A DNA stretch of 64,000 bases. Origin: Parachlamydiales bacterium. GTDB taxonomy: Bacteria > Chlamydiota > Chlamydiia > Chlamydiales > JAJFMK01. Under the pieces are notes generated by a model. That model searched no databases and was not told where the DNA came from. It worked only from the letters and a program-made list of their open reading frames with translations. Where the stretch lies: positions 96,001-160,000 of the forward strand of contig CAVXVG010000021.1 in assembly GCA_963765145.1 (NCBI GenBank), written 5' to 3'. The position numbers and the translations under genes were made by a program. Shown piece by piece: positions 7,731 to 19,124 of this stretch (positions within the stretch are counted from its first letter, which is position 1; every line of letters starts with the position of its first letter).

Positions 7731-9205
7731 TTCAATTCCTTAATGGGGGGCCAATAATGATTTTCTTGAGCAAGAAGACGGTCGGCAGCAATAGGGCCCC
7801 ATGTCCCGGCTTCATAGTTTGGAAAATCTTCTGAAGGCGCTTTAGACCACATATCGATGATGGGCATCAAAACCTTCCAAGCGGCAGCCACTTGGTCGGC
7901 TCGCATAAATTCGGTCGGGTCGTTTTTCATCACATCCCATAGCAGAGTCTCATAAGCATCGGGCGATTTAGTTTTAGAGTCCCCTTCATAGTTGAACTCC
8001 AGATCGACCGTTCTTAGCCTCATTTCAGGGCCTGGACATTTGGCCATCACTGTCATCATGATCCCTTCAGTGGGTTGGATTGCCAAATAGAGCTCTGAAG
8101 GTTGTTTATCAATCGTAGCCTCTATTGGGAAAGCCTGATGAGGGACCCGTTTAAAGTGGATCACAGCCTGAGAGGACTGCTGAGGCAATCTTTTCCCTGT
8201 TCTTACGTAAAAAGGGACATCATGCCATCGCCAGTTATCGATCAGAAGTTTAAGGGCAACAAAAGTCTCTGTTTTTGAAGTGGGGCTAACCCCCTCTTCC
8301 TCCCGATATCCTAAAACTTTTTTCCCATCGACCTTTCCGGCACCATACTGACCGCGGACGGCTACATTTTGAACATCTTCCGGTAAAATCGGGCGGATTG
8401 CATGCAGAACATCGAGCTTCTTATTTCTGATTTCATTTGGATCAAATGAAGTCATCGGCTCCATGGCAACCAGACACAGCAATTGCATCATGTGGTTTTG
8501 AACCATGTCACGCAATGTTCCTGCATGTTCAAAATACCCTCCTCGATGCTCAACGCCCAAGTCTTCTGCCATTGTGATGGTGACATAGTCTATGTAACGT
8601 CGATTCCAAATAGGTTCAAATTGTGGATTTGCAAATCGAAAAGCCAAGATGTTTTGAACGGTTTCTTTTCCTAAATAATGGTCGATGCGGAAGATTTGCG
8701 ATTCGTCCATGCAGGCAAGCAATGTCTCGTTTAAATCAGAAAAAGACTTTAAGTCATATCCTAAAGGTTTTTCAATGATAATTCTGGAATGTTCTTTATC
8801 ATCTAAAAGTGCTGCTTTCTTTAGATGTGGGGGAATCACGCCAAATAATGAAGGGGGAACTGCTAAGTAAAACAGGAGATCATATTCGTCCTGGTATGGC
8901 TTACAAAACTGTTTTAATTCTCGATAGGTTTCTTGCTTTGTAAAATCACCCCTTATCACATGGACATGTTTTGCAAAACTCTCTAAAGATTTTTTATCTG
9001 CTTTGCCATGTCGTGCAAACTGCCTAATACCATCAAAAAAGTGGCTGTGCACCTCAGCATTTGTCATTGTGATACGGTCTAGCAGCACAATTTGGAATTC
9101 TTCAGGTAGCCGTTGGTCCATCCACAGATCAAACAGAGCAGGGACCAACTTTCTCCAAGAAAGATCTCCTCCACCCCCAAAAATGACTAAAACAATAGGT
9201 CTCAT
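7706..9205 (-). CDS. zwf: Glucose-6-phosphate 1-dehydrogenase
   Basis: GGGGDLSWRKLVP, RIDHYLGKETVQN, RDMVQNH. ATGA overlap with gnd. Confidence 0.97.
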   Translation of the reverse strand: MRPIVLVIFGGGGDLSWRKLVPALFDLWMDQRLPEEFQIVLLDRITMTNAEVHSHFFDGIRQFARHGKADKKSLESFAKHVHVIRGDFTKQETYRELKQFCKPYQDEYDLLFYLAVPPSLFGVIPPHLKKAALLDDKEHSRIIIEKPLGYDLKSFSDLNETLLACMDESQIFRIDHYLGKETVQNILAFRFANPQFEPIWNRRYIDYVTITMAEDLGVEHRGGYFEHAGTLRDMVQNHMMQLLCLVAMEPMTSFDPNEIRNKKLDVLHAIRPILPEDVQNVAVRGQYGAGKVDGKKVLGYREEEGVSPTSKTETFVALKLLIDNWRWHDVPFYVRTGKRLPQQSSQAVIHFKRVPHQAFPIEATIDKQPSELYLAIQPTEGIMMTVMAKCPGPEMRLRTVDLEFNYEGDSKTKSPDAYETLLWDVMKNDPTEFMRADQVAAAWKVLMPIIDMWSKAPSEDFPNYEAGTWGPIAADRLLAQENHYWPPIKELKCRSKPCS

Positions 9206-10605
9206 ACGATTTTGGATTGCTCCCAATTGGTGTGAAAAGTCCCTTTTTCATCCACTCTTTCATAGGTATGAGAGCCAAAATAATCTCGCTCTGCTTGTAT
9301 GAGGTTGGCCGGCATCCAACCGCTGCTATAACCGTCTAAATAGCTTAAAGAAGCCATGAAGGCCGGAATGGCGATTCCCATCTCGGCGCCATTAGAGGCA
9401 ATGAACCGTAAGGCACCCTCGTTTGATAAAACTTTTTGCTCGATCGAGGAGTCTAACAAGATGTTGTGCAGCGTTGGATCTTTTTGATAGGCCGCTCGGA
9501 TATCTTCCAAAAAATCGGCCCGGATAATGCAGCCGCCTCTCCAGATCTTTGCCACGTCTTCTAATTGCAAATGGTAGCCCAATTTATCGGACGCCACTTT
9601 TAAAAGGGCAAACCCTTGGGCATAAGAAATGATCATAGAAGCATAAAAAGCATCGTGCAGCTGCTTTAAAAATTGAGTGCGATCTCCTTTAAAGAGTTGG
9701 ACATTTCTGCCAAGCTTTTGGTTAGCCTCCTTCCTTTCCTCCACAAACATCGATAGATCTCTTCTAGAAACTGCTAAATCGATGGTCGGAATCGGGACTT
9801 GCAATTCCATCCCACTTTGGGAGGTCCACATGCCGGTCCCTTTTTGCTCAGCAACCCCTAGGATCTCGTCTACAAGAGGTTTATGGGTTTTTTCATCAAC
9901 CACGCCAAAAATGCGGCTTGTGATCTCGACAAGATAGCTTCTAAGCTCCCCTTTATTCCAGTCTGTAAAAACGGTTTCAAGCTCTTCATCATTAAAACCA
10001 AGGCCCCGTTTCATCAAGTCATAAGATTCGGCAATCAGTTCCATTAAGGCATACTCGATTCCATTGTGCACCATTTTTACAAAGTGGCCAGCACTACTTG
10101 GCCCAAGATAGGTCACGCAAGGGTCATTTCCTACTTTAGCCGCAGCAGATTCTAGATAGGGCGCAATAATGGAATAAGCCTTTTGATCTCCACCCGGCAT
10201 CAGGCTCGGCCCATGCCTTGCGCCCTCTTCTCCTCCGGACACTCCAACTCCAAAGAAGTAGATCCCTTTCTCTTTTAGGTTTCGCTCTCTTACTTCAGTA
10301 TCTTTGTAGTAAGAATTTCCCCCATCAATAATCACATCCCCTTTTTTCAACTTAGGGACAATCGCTTTCAATACCTCATCCACCGGTTTTCCGGCCGGAA
10401 CTAGCAACATGATCACCTTGGGAGATTGAAGCTTAGAAAGAAACTCGTCGATAGTGGATGCGCCCTGCAGACCCAATTTCGAAAAAGCATCTACCTTGGC
10501 CTTATCGGTATCGTATCCGGCCACTTTGAACCCTTTATCTGCTAAATTGAGGGCAAAATTTTGCCCCATCACGCCCAGCCCAATCATTCCAAATGTCTTG
10601 TTCAT
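9202..10605 (-). CDS. gnd: 6-phosphogluconate dehydrogenase (decarboxylating)
   Basis: GLGVMG, VSGGEEGA, KMVHNGIEY, RDYFGSHTYER. Confidence 0.97.
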   Translation of the reverse strand: MNKTFGMIGLGVMGQNFALNLADKGFKVAGYDTDKAKVDAFSKLGLQGASTIDEFLSKLQSPKVIMLLVPAGKPVDEVLKAIVPKLKKGDVIIDGGNSYYKDTEVRERNLKEKGIYFFGVGVSGGEEGARHGPSLMPGGDQKAYSIIAPYLESAAAKVGNDPCVTYLGPSSAGHFVKMVHNGIEYALMELIAESYDLMKRGLGFNDEELETVFTDWNKGELRSYLVEITSRIFGVVDEKTHKPLVDEILGVAEQKGTGMWTSQSGMELQVPIPTIDLAVSRRDLSMFVEERKEANQKLGRNVQLFKGDRTQFLKQLHDAFYASMIISYAQGFALLKVASDKLGYHLQLEDVAKIWRGGCIIRADFLEDIRAAYQKDPTLHNILLDSSIEQKVLSNEGALRFIASNGAEMGIAIPAFMASLSYLDGYSSGWMPANLIQAERDYFGSHTYERVDEKGTFHTNWEQSKIV

Positions 10606-10607
10606 CT

Positions 10608-12264
10608 CTATCTCCTGACTATAACCGGCGTTTGATTCAACACTTCATCTACTATTTTTTTTGCCTCTTCCAAAATCTGCATCATGTGCTCTTTGCTTTT
10701 GAAGCTTTCGATGTAGATTCGATAAATATCTTCCGTACCGGATGGACGAGCTGAAAAAGAACCATTTTCTGTGATCACTTTCATCCCTCCAATCGGCTCA
10801 TCGTTGCCAGGGGCTCGCGTGTAGATTTTCTCGATCTTTTCTCCTGCCAATTCTGTCGAGCGGATATCTTCCGGAGAAAGACCTTTCAATATCTTTTTTT
10901 GCTCCATCGAACAAGGCCCTTCGTATCGTATGAAGTAAGAAATGCCAAAGGTATCTGTTAATTCTTTGTAGATCTGTCCTGGATCTTTTTTTATCTTAGC
11001 CGTGATCTCTGCTGCCAATAGGCAAGGGATGATCCCATCCTTATCGGTGGTCCAAACCGAACCATCCAACCTAGAAAACGAAGCACCCGCACTTTCTTCT
11101 CCACCAAAAGCTAAAAAACCCTTTGTACAGACCATCAACAAACCATTTAAAACCAACAGGAACCTCGTATAGTTCTCGGCCGATTTTTTTGGTCACACGG
11201 TCGATCATTTGGCTGCTGACCACGGTTTTTCCGACCATCGCTTCTTTCTTCCAGTTTTTTCGATTTTGAAAGAGGTACCAAATAGCGACAGATAGGTAAT
11301 GGTTAGGCTGAAGCAAGCCAGAACTTTTGGTTACAATCCCGTGCCGATCGGCATCTGTATCACACGAAAAGGCAATATCGAACTTACTTCTTAATTGGAT
11401 CAATTTCTCCATCGCGAAAGGCGAGGAGGGGTCCATCCGGATTTGGCCATCCCAATCGAGTGTCATGAATTTGAAAGTAGGATCGACAATTTCGTTGGTG
11501 ACCGTTAGGTTGATCCCATATTTCTCTTTAATCGCCTTCCAATAGTGAACGCTAGCTCCTCCCATCGGATCGACCCCTATGGAAATATTAGCCCGTTTGA
11601 TTGCATCCATGTCGATGACATTACAAAGGTCATCCACATAGGCTTTCATATAGTTATGAGGCTGAATAGTCGTCGCTTGATCAACCGGAATCCGTTTGAT
11701 CTCTCCAAATTGTGCCCCGAGATAGCTGTTGGCCCTTGCTTGCACCCAATTGGTGATATCGGGCTCGGCAGGTCCACCATTAGGAGGGTTATATTTAAAG
11801 CCCCCTTCTCTCGGAGGGTTATGAGAAGGGGTGATCACAATCCCATCTGAAAGTTTGGTTGTTTTGCCTTTATTGTAGGTCAAAATGGCGTGGGAAATAA
11901 CCGGCGTGGGAGTAAATTCATTGTTTTCAGCTACTTTTACAGTCACACCATTGGCACATAAAACCTCAAGAGCACTTTGCAGGGCAGGTTTTGAAAGAGC
12001 GTGCGTATCGATGCCAATAAATAGAGGACCATCCATCTTGTTTTCTTTGCGGTAGTCGCAAATAGCCTGTGTGATGGCTAGGATGTGTCTTTCATTGAAA
12101 CAACTGTCAAAGGAGCTGCCTCTGTGGCCCGATGTCCCAAAGACCACTTTCTGTTCCAGCTTATTAGGGTCTGGAATGTTAGAATAGTAGGCCTTGATGA
12201 GGGCGTTAACATCGATCAGATCAGAAGGTTCTGCAGGTTTGCCTGCCCGGTTATTTTGTTTCAT
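10608..12264 (-). CDS. pgm: Phosphoglucomutase (alpha-D-glucose phosphate-specific), frameshifted in this sequence
   Basis: FGTSGHRG, TPSHNP, DTDADRH, GEESAG, RPSGTE. Split at the A6 run 11113-11118 (one extra base). Confidence 0.9.
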
Positions 12265-13351
12265 TTTTTTCCCCGTGTGTCGCTTTTTCAATCGATTCCA
12301 TCAGGTGGTCCATCGGTTTATTGAATTTATCAACCCCTTCGACCACTAATTTTTCGGTTTGTTCGTCGATGCTGATCTTTAATTCTTTCAGCCTCTCAAA
12401 AACCTTTTTTGCTTTATCGAGATCTTTTTCTAGCCGCAATTCAGGCTTGCCGTGGTCTCTGTACGCATCCAAAGTCTCTGGAGGAACGGTATTAACCGTT
12501 TGCGGACCAATGAGCGGCTCAACATATTTGACATCGCTATAGGAGGGGTTTTTGGTGCTTGTGCTGGCCCACAGCAACCGTTGTGGACGTGCCCCTTTAG
12601 CTTCCAGTTTTTTAAACCTATCACTTGTGAAAAGCTCTTTATAGATTGGGTAGGCTAATTTGGCGCTTGAAATGGCCACTTCCCCTACCAAATCTTTTGC
12701 CCCCATTTTTTCTAAAACCGGATCGAGCAACACATCGATACGGCTCAAGAAAAAGCTGGCGACAGAAGCGATGTTTTTTAAAGGCTTATTCTTAGAGGCT
12801 AATATTTCGAGCCCGGCAATGTAGGCCTCTGCCACCTCCCGATAGCGTGGCAAGCCAAACAGAAGCGTCACGTTGACATTGATCCCTTCTCCTATCACTT
12901 CCGTGATCGCCGGTAATCCTTCTAGAGTTGCAGGTATTTTGATGAAGACGTTGGGGCGATTGACCCTTTTCCACAGCCTTTTTGCCTCTTCGATTGTCCC
13001 TTTTGTGTCATGCGCTAAATGGGGGTTCACCTCTAAGCTGACATACCCATCACGCCCATCTAAACGGTCATATAAGGGGCGAAAAATGTCGGCAGCATCT
13101 TGAATGTCACGGATCGTGATCGCATCGTAAATTTCATGGACAGATTGCTTGCCTGACATGCTGTCGATGAGATCATCGTAGAGGTTTGTTTCAGAAATAG
13201 CTTTGTCGAAGATTGCAGGATTCGAGGTCATTCCACGGAGGCCATCTTGATCGATCAGCTTTTTCAAGCCGCCGCCTGTAAGCAAATCTCGTCTGATGTA
13301 ATCCAACCAAATCGATTGGCCTAATGCTTCAAGTTCTTTTAAAGGGTTCAT
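12251..13351 (-). CDS. tal: Transaldolase
   Basis: [35 protein letters not shown]. Confidence 0.95.
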   Translation of the reverse strand: MNPLKELEALGQSIWLDYIRRDLLTGGGLKKLIDQDGLRGMTSNPAIFDKAISETNLYDDLIDSMSGKQSVHEIYDAITIRDIQDAADIFRPLYDRLDGRDGYVSLEVNPHLAHDTKGTIEEAKRLWKRVNRPNVFIKIPATLEGLPAITEVIGEGINVNVTLLFGLPRYREVAEAYIAGLEILASKNKPLKNIASVASFFLSRIDVLLDPVLEKMGAKDLVGEVAISSAKLAYPIYKELFTSDRFKKLEAKGARPQRLLWASTSTKNPSYSDVKYVEPLIGPQTVNTVPPETLDAYRDHGKPELRLEKDLDKAKKVFERLKELKISIDEQTEKLVVEGVDKFNKPMDHLMESIEKATHGEKNETK

Positions 13352-15381
13352 TTTTTCATCCTTGCCAAAAGAGATTTGGCTTTCTCTACAACATTATCCA
13401 CATTGAATCCGTAATTTTTCATCACCAGAGGGCCCGGAGCTGACATTCCAAAGGTATCGACAGAGATGGTGTCGTCTGCATATTTGCACCACCCTTGCGA
13501 CACCCCTGCCTCTACAGCAAGGGTTGGAACATGAGCTGGCAATACGCTGTCTCGATATTCTTGAGGCTGTTGGTTGAACAATTCCCAGCTGGGCATTGAT
13601 ACAAGACGTGCGTTTGGCAATTTCTCTGCTGCTGCGACGATGAGACCCACCTCTGAACCTGTTGCGATTAAAATAAGCTCGAGGTTTTGTACATCCTTTA
13701 AAGTGTAGGCCCCTTTTCGTAAACCTTCCGCAGATGCAAACACAGTCCGATCAAGGGTTGGAACATTTTGCCTGCTCAAAATCAGGACCACCGGTCTTTT
13801 TCGACTTTCAATAGCTACTTTCCAAGCCACTGCCGATTCGTTAGCATCCCCCGGACGGATGACCGTCAGTTTAGGAATCGCTCGAAGGGCTGCGATATGT
13901 TCGACAGATTGGTGCGTTGGTCCATCTTCTCCTAAACCAATGCTATCGTGGGTAAAGACAAAAACGACCTGCAGCTCCATTAAAGCAGCCAGCCGAATGG
14001 TGGGCCGCATGTAGTCTGAAAAGGTCAAGAAGGTCGCTGTAAAAGGGATTAGGTTGCCTGCTGCCGCCATCCCATTTGAAATGGCCCCCATGGCATGCTC
14101 TCGAATGCCATAAAAGATGTTACGCCCGGCATAGCTCCATCCGCCCCCTTCGGCCCCTTGCATATCACCACTGGCCCTGTCAGGGCTTTCAAAATCTCCC
14201 CCATCTTTCAAAGCAGTAAACGTCGAGGCATTTAAGTCAGCAGAACCTCCAACGAAGTTTGGCAATTTGGGATAGAAGCTTTGCATCACTTTTCCGGCTG
14301 CAACACGTGTGGCCATCCCTTTTGGATCGGCAGGAAAAGTGGGGATCTCTTTATCCCACCCTTCGGGCAATTTTCCGTCGATCAACTCTTGGATTTCTTT
14401 TCCTTCCTGAGGATATTTTTTTCGATAAGCTTCGAATGTTTTATTCCATTCCCCCTCCCATTTTTTGCCCCGTTCAACACATTCACGGAAGTGTTTTAAA
14501 GCTTCTTCAGGGATCAAAAAAGGAGGCTCTACCGGCCAATCGAGATTTTCTTTTGTAAGCTTGACCTCTTCCACTCCAAGGGGCGATCCGTGTACCTCAT
14601 AAGTATTTTCTTTGTTTGGAGAGCCGTACCCAATGATGGTTCGAACTAAAATAATGGAAGGACGGTCTTTGACAGCCTTGGCTTTCTCGATCGCTTTAGC
14701 GATGGCTTCGATGTTATTTCCATCGGCCACCTCTTCGGTATGCCATCCATACGCTTCAAACCTCGCCCGTTTATCCTCGGTATACTCAAGCTGTGTTGAG
14801 GAAGAAAGTGTCATGTGGTTGTCATCGTAAAGATAGATCAATTTACCCAGCTTCAAATGGCCTGCAAGAGAGGCGGCTTCTGATGCGACCCCTTCCATAA
14901 GGTCCCCATCGCTCACCAAGGCATAGGTGTAATGATCGATGATGTTGAAGTCTGGTTTGTTGTATTTTGCGGCAAGATAGGCCTCAGCCATTGCGACGCC
15001 GACACCATTTGCAAATCCTTGCCCTAATGGGCCTGTCGTCACCTCTATTCCAATATCAGGATGCCGTTCCGGATGGCCTGCTGTTTCGCTTCCCCACTGT
15101 CTAAATTCTTTGATTTGATCTAGCGAAAGGGGATAGCCGGTTAGATGGAGTAAACTGTACAGCAGCATCGAACCGTGACCGGCAGATAAAATAAACCGAT
15201 CTCTATTAAACCATTGAGCATGAGCAGGATTGTGTTTTAAAAATTGCGTCCACAATACATATCCCATGGGGGCTGCATCAAGTGGCAACCCTGGATGGCC
15301 GCTATTGGCTTTCTGCACCGCATCAATCGACAACATTCTTATCGTGTTGATACACAATAGATCTAAAGAAACCCCTTCCAT
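13348..15381 (-). CDS. tkt: Transketolase
   Basis: [37 protein letters not shown]. Confidence 0.97.
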   Translation of the reverse strand: MEGVSLDLLCINTIRMLSIDAVQKANSGHPGLPLDAAPMGYVLWTQFLKHNPAHAQWFNRDRFILSAGHGSMLLYSLLHLTGYPLSLDQIKEFRQWGSETAGHPERHPDIGIEVTTGPLGQGFANGVGVAMAEAYLAAKYNKPDFNIIDHYTYALVSDGDLMEGVASEAASLAGHLKLGKLIYLYDDNHMTLSSSTQLEYTEDKRARFEAYGWHTEEVADGNNIEAIAKAIEKAKAVKDRPSIILVRTIIGYGSPNKENTYEVHGSPLGVEEVKLTKENLDWPVEPPFLIPEEALKHFRECVERGKKWEGEWNKTFEAYRKKYPQEGKEIQELIDGKLPEGWDKEIPTFPADPKGMATRVAAGKVMQSFYPKLPNFVGGSADLNASTFTALKDGGDFESPDRASGDMQGAEGGGWSYAGRNIFYGIREHAMGAISNGMAAAGNLIPFTATFLTFSDYMRPTIRLAALMELQVVFVFTHDSIGLGEDGPTHQSVEHIAALRAIPKLTVIRPGDANESAVAWKVAIESRKRPVVLILSRQNVPTLDRTVFASAEGLRKGAYTLKDVQNLELILIATGSEVGLIVAAAEKLPNARLVSMPSWELFNQQPQEYRDSVLPAHVPTLAVEAGVSQGWCKYADDTISVDTFGMSAPGPLVMKNYGFNVDNVVEKAKSLLARMKK

Positions 15382-15447
15382 CTACACCTCGTAATAACTT
15401 TTATTTACTTCAAGTCGAAAAAGAAAGAAATAGTTATATAAACCAAT

Positions 15448-16254
15448 ATGGTCACCTCTCTTTTATTATCTATTTTGTGTCTGATTCAGATTCCACTTTC
15501 ATTGACTGAAGAGGGCATGCCTAAAATCACCGTCGACGTAGAAGGCAAACAGCTAGAAGCCTGGGTCGATTTGGGCAGAGGCATTGCGCTGATAGAAGAA
15601 AGCAAGCTTCCTGCCGGATCGCTCAGTAAAACGGGAATGAATGTGACCTCGCAAGCTTTCAACGAACAGGCGAAAAAGCAAGATGAGGTGAAAATAGGAG
15701 TAGTAAAGATCGCATCGTACCCTTTCTACGATGTAAAAGGGACGACCGGAACAGGTCAAATCCAAAGTTATTCGATCAGCCCAACGAATACCTCCGTTCA
15801 CGCCAATGCCCCTCCTGCTATCATGCTGGGAAACGAGATCTTCCGAGGTGGAGCTCTCTTAGTTGATTATAAGGGGGGATATTTTGAGTATGGAAAGGAT
15901 TCTGCAGAATTTATACGAGAGATCCCTTTTCAAAGATGGGCTTATGTCCCCTTCCAAATTGATAGAGGGCAAATCCAATTTCTGGCTTTAACCAGGGGCT
16001 TAAGCGGCCATTGGATTTTAGATTCGGGTTCGACCATCAATTTGATCTATAAAGGGTTCATGGGTCCTTTAAAATTTGCGCAGATAGATAACCAAACGGT
16101 TAATTTTGGTCGGTTCGCTTTCATCCTAGACAACGTTTATACCTCTAACAAACCGTTAAAAACGGGCATTTTTGGCATTCTCGGCGCTCCCTTTTTGAAA
16201 AAATATCGAATACTGATCGACTTCAAAAAGCAGCATCTTTACATCGAGCCCTAA
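15448..16254 (+). CDS. Exported retropepsin-like aspartyl protease domain protein
   Basis: Signal peptide. Two D(T/S)G-like motifs (WVDLG, ILDSGS). GILGAPFLKKYRILIDF. Confidence 0.65.
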   Translation: MVTSLLLSILCLIQIPLSLTEEGMPKITVDVEGKQLEAWVDLGRGIALIEESKLPAGSLSKTGMNVTSQAFNEQAKKQDEVKIGVVKIASYPFYDVKGTTGTGQIQSYSISPTNTSVHANAPPAIMLGNEIFRGGALLVDYKGGYFEYGKDSAEFIREIPFQRWAYVPFQIDRGQIQFLALTRGLSGHWILDSGSTINLIYKGFMGPLKFAQIDNQTVNFGRFAFILDNVYTSNKPLKTGIFGILGAPFLKKYRILIDFKKQHLYIEP

Positions 16255-16276
16255 AAATGAGTTATAATCGCCACTA

Positions 16277-16825
16277 ATGAAAAAGCAAATTGTTTATCAA
16301 GATAAAGCTGAAGGGCTAACTGTCCGTTTTCCTACCATGAAAGATGTAGAACCGATGCTGGACTACATCAACACCCTTTCAAACGAAAGGACCTACACAC
16401 GCAGCCAAGGGGAACAAATCACTTTAGAGCACGAAAAAGTGTATGTCAAAAACCTGCTCGAAAAAATGGCTCGAAAGGAATCGCTTTGCCTGCTGGCCTT
16501 TCATGGCAAAGAATTGATTGGTGTTGGCGGCATTGCCATGCAAGATCGAGTGGAAAAACATGTGGGCATTCTTGGCATCTCTCTTGTAAAATCGGCTCGT
16601 GGATTTGGCCTTGGCTCTCTTTTAATGGAATTGCTTGAAAAAGAGGGTAAAAGCTACCTTCCTCAGATGAAAATCATCACCCTTGAAGTGTTTTCCAATA
16701 ACGAAGTGGCCCTCAACCTCTACAAAAAGATGGGCTACATTGTCTATGGCGTTCTTCCCCGCGGCGTCCTCTTTAAACGTCGCTACGTCGACCGCATCCT
16801 CATGCACAAGCCAATACGCAAATAA
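16277..16825 (+). CDS. GNAT acetyltransferase (RimJ/YhhY-like)
   Basis: RGFGLGSLLM acetyl-CoA motif and LEVFSNNEVALNLYKKMGY. Confidence 0.9.
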   Translation: MKKQIVYQDKAEGLTVRFPTMKDVEPMLDYINTLSNERTYTRSQGEQITLEHEKVYVKNLLEKMARKESLCLLAFHGKELIGVGGIAMQDRVEKHVGILGISLVKSARGFGLGSLLMELLEKEGKSYLPQMKIITLEVFSNNEVALNLYKKMGYIVYGVLPRGVLFKRRYVDRILMHKPIRK

Positions 16826-16850
16826 CGCGCAAGCGTTTGGAGTGCTAAAC

Positions 16851-17124
16851 GGCCTTGTTGCGTAATTGCCTCGAGATCTTTCGAGTTTCCGGCAGCCCTA
16901 CAGGCTGCTATCTTTATTTTCTACCTAACCTGGGGCGTTGCCCACAGGCTGTTGCAACTATCCGGCTTTCAGCCGGAAAATCTCTATACACGTTTTCACT
17001 GGCCTGAAAGGCCAAAATTGCAACAGCCCGCGGGCAACGCGTCGGGTTAAGTTGGAAAATAAATTAGGTAGCCTGTAAGGCTACAGGAATAAAGAAGCGC
17101 AGTGAACAATTATGCAACAAGGCC
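16851..17124. mobile_element. MITE with IS903-group (IS5 family)-like terminal inverted repeats
   Basis: TIRs GGCCTTGTTGCGTAATTG / CAATTATGCAACAAGGCC. Flanked by GTGCTAAAC and GTGCTAA-C (9-bp TSD with one indel). Confidence 0.75.
16892..17090. repeat. REPIN/BIME-like long hairpin repeat (copy 1)
   Basis: Inverted arms ggggcgttgcccacaggctgttgca / tgcaacagcccgcgggcaacgc. Homologous to 30548-30750. Confidence 0.8.
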
Positions 17125-17164
17125 GTGCTAACTCCTCTAGCAACTCACAAAATTAACGATAAAG

Positions 17165-17216
17165 AGATACAACGATAAGAACAATGGAAATTTTTTATCG
17201 TTCTTATCGTTGTATC
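17165..17216. repeat. Short perfect inverted repeat
   Basis: gatacaacgataagaac ... gttcttatcgttgtatc. Confidence 0.7.
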
Positions 17217-17320
17217 ATTCCATCGTTGATTCTTCTCTAGTGCTAAGGTCTATCGTGTTACTTCTTGATCAGAGGGACGGCAGTCTCTTCCTTGCTCCAA
17301 ACGCTTCGCGTAATAAAAAT

Positions 17321-17734
17321 TTATGCAGGCAATAGTGTTAAGGAGAACCAGAAGTCATAGATGGCGATGACAAGCCGGTCAAAACCTTGTTCATCGTAGG
17401 GCTTACGGATGTAGGCATTGGCATGGTTTTCATACGCCTCTTTGACATCTTGCTGCCTGCCTGAAGTGGTGAGCATCACGACAGGGATCGATTTGAAGTT
17501 GGCATCCCTTTTTACATGGCGCAAAGCCTCTAGACCACTCACCCGATCCATGTTGATATCCATCAAGATGAGGTCAGGTTTGCCTCCTTGTTTTAGATAG
17601 GGCATGAGGGCATCGCCATCTTCAATGTGGTCCACTTTCAAAGGGATTCCACACCGTTTCAATGCGTCCTTCAATGCTATGAAATAACTTTCGTTATCCT
17701 CTACCATCAAAAGACGACGATGCTCTTTATCCAT
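17321..17734 (-). CDS. Single-domain response regulator (Rcp1-like receiver)
   Basis: VEDN, PDLILMDINM, IPVVMLTTS, ANAYIRKP. Confidence 0.9.
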   Translation of the reverse strand: MDKEHRRLLMVEDNESYFIALKDALKRCGIPLKVDHIEDGDALMPYLKQGGKPDLILMDINMDRVSGLEALRHVKRDANFKSIPVVMLTTSGRQQDVKEAYENHANAYIRKPYDEQGFDRLVIAIYDFWFSLTLLPA

Positions 17735-18426
17735 TATTGTGCCTTTTCAAAATGTTGGAAATCTTTCATGGTAAGGGTGCACCATTCGTCAGCCCATTTC
17801 CATCCCAAATTTTCGAAGGAAAACCAATCGCCACCCCATTTCCATCCGAATTCTTTGAAGGCTTGGTAAACCACGCCATCTCTAGTGATCAAACCTGGAG
17901 CTGGTTTATCTCGCTCAAGATAGGCCTTTCCTCTTTCAGGGAGAACTTTTTTACCTTTTATATAGGGATTTTGACCTGGATTGACATCGACAGCAGATCC
18001 GGCATGAGATGAAAGCAGAGTAGAACTTCCAGTCATTGCTCGGAAACAATAGGCCGAGGTGTTATTAGCTTCCATTGAACGTTTGTCCAATTCTTCAAGG
18101 GTGATTCCTTCATAACCGAAGTCATCGATCAAGACCATCTGATAAATCGGAAACTTACCAACAAAGATTCTCTGAAAAATCATCATTACATCTAAGGCCA
18201 ATCGCTTATGGATGACCATTTCACCGAGATGGATATTTCCGTCGAAATCTAAATAGGTAATGCGAAGATATCTCAAATCATCCCAGCCAATCTGCTCATT
18301 TTCTCGATGGGAATACTTCATCCTAGCTTGCACTTCTGGAGGTATTTTAGAAGCAGTCGCTTCATAGTCATCGACTTTGAATTCTAAAAAAGCAGCATCT
18401 TGAAGATCACAAACAGCGGCGATCAT
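17734..18426 (-). CDS. M15-family metallopeptidase (D-Ala-D-Ala carboxypeptidase-like)
   Basis: NNTSAYCFR, SSHAGSAVDVNP, GWKWGGDW, DFQHFE. Confidence 0.85.
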   Translation of the reverse strand: MIAAVCDLQDAAFLEFKVDDYEATASKIPPEVQARMKYSHRENEQIGWDDLRYLRITYLDFDGNIHLGEMVIHKRLALDVMMIFQRIFVGKFPIYQMVLIDDFGYEGITLEELDKRSMEANNTSAYCFRAMTGSSTLLSSHAGSAVDVNPGQNPYIKGKKVLPERGKAYLERDKPAPGLITRDGVVYQAFKEFGWKWGGDWFSFENLGWKWADEWCTLTMKDFQHFEKAQ

Positions 18427-18923
18427 TTAGTCATCTTCGAGGCTAATTGGTTGACTGTATGAAGGACAACACGGTTGAATAGGAAACTCAATAAAACGCC
18501 CCATGTCAACGTACGGGCTAATTGATCCGTCTTTTCCGGTTTGACTCTGCCTGTTAGAACACCGACCTGTCGTACGATGGTGGGGGCCATGAAAGCGAGG
18601 GCAGCAATGCTAGCAACATGTCGAGGATGCCAAGGGTTGATAGCAAAAATTGTGTTTCTGCCGAACATTGATTCGAGCTTTTGCGGGGTAAAGCAGCGGT
18701 GGGCAATCGCCGAAATGGCCTTCACTCCCCATGGAGAAATGGCTCCACTTAAAACGAGAGAAACACTCCCTGTAAGTTGAGTAAAATTTCTTTTCCGCCA
18801 GTTGCACGCTAAATCGTATAAGGCTACATGGGCAAATCCCAACGTCAGTGCGCCGCTTCCATCTTTGATAGTCTGTTTGTATTGGTTCAAAAACTGAACC
18901 ATGCTTCGTATTGTTGTTGTCAT
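18423..18923 (-). CDS. Hypothetical membrane protein
   Basis: 166-aa ORF with hydrophobic segments, ATGA-coupled to the peptidase gene. Confidence 0.65.
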   Translation of the reverse strand: MTTTIRSMVQFLNQYKQTIKDGSGALTLGFAHVALYDLACNWRKRNFTQLTGSVSLVLSGAISPWGVKAISAIAHRCFTPQKLESMFGRNTIFAINPWHPRHVASIAALAFMAPTIVRQVGVLTGRVKPEKTDQLARTLTWGVLLSFLFNRVVLHTVNQLASKMTK

Positions 18924-18990
18924 GCAAACAACATTACTTTAAGGCTTTGTTAAAGAAAAGAGATTAGCCACCCCAGCCCATTCGCCTCGA

Positions 18991-19023
18991 ACGTGTCGAT
19001 TTTTACACGAAAAATCGACACGT
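18991..19023. repeat. Intergenic palindrome
   Basis: acgtgtcgattttt-acacg-aaaaatcgacacgt. Confidence 0.6.
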
Positions 19024-19124
19024 CAGGAGAATATGTCGATAGGATCGATATGTCGCTGTTTAACCACTAAATGAAAAGAGGCCTGGATCTCGCAGCAATT
19101 GTTCAATTCAACTAAGATAAAGTT

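Larger units (their letters stand above)
16825..17311. repeat. Outer palindromic REP-like element
   Basis: Arms acgcgcaagcgtttggagtgc and gctccaaacgcttcgcgt. Related copies at 20393-20488 and ~48145-48165. Confidence 0.7.
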
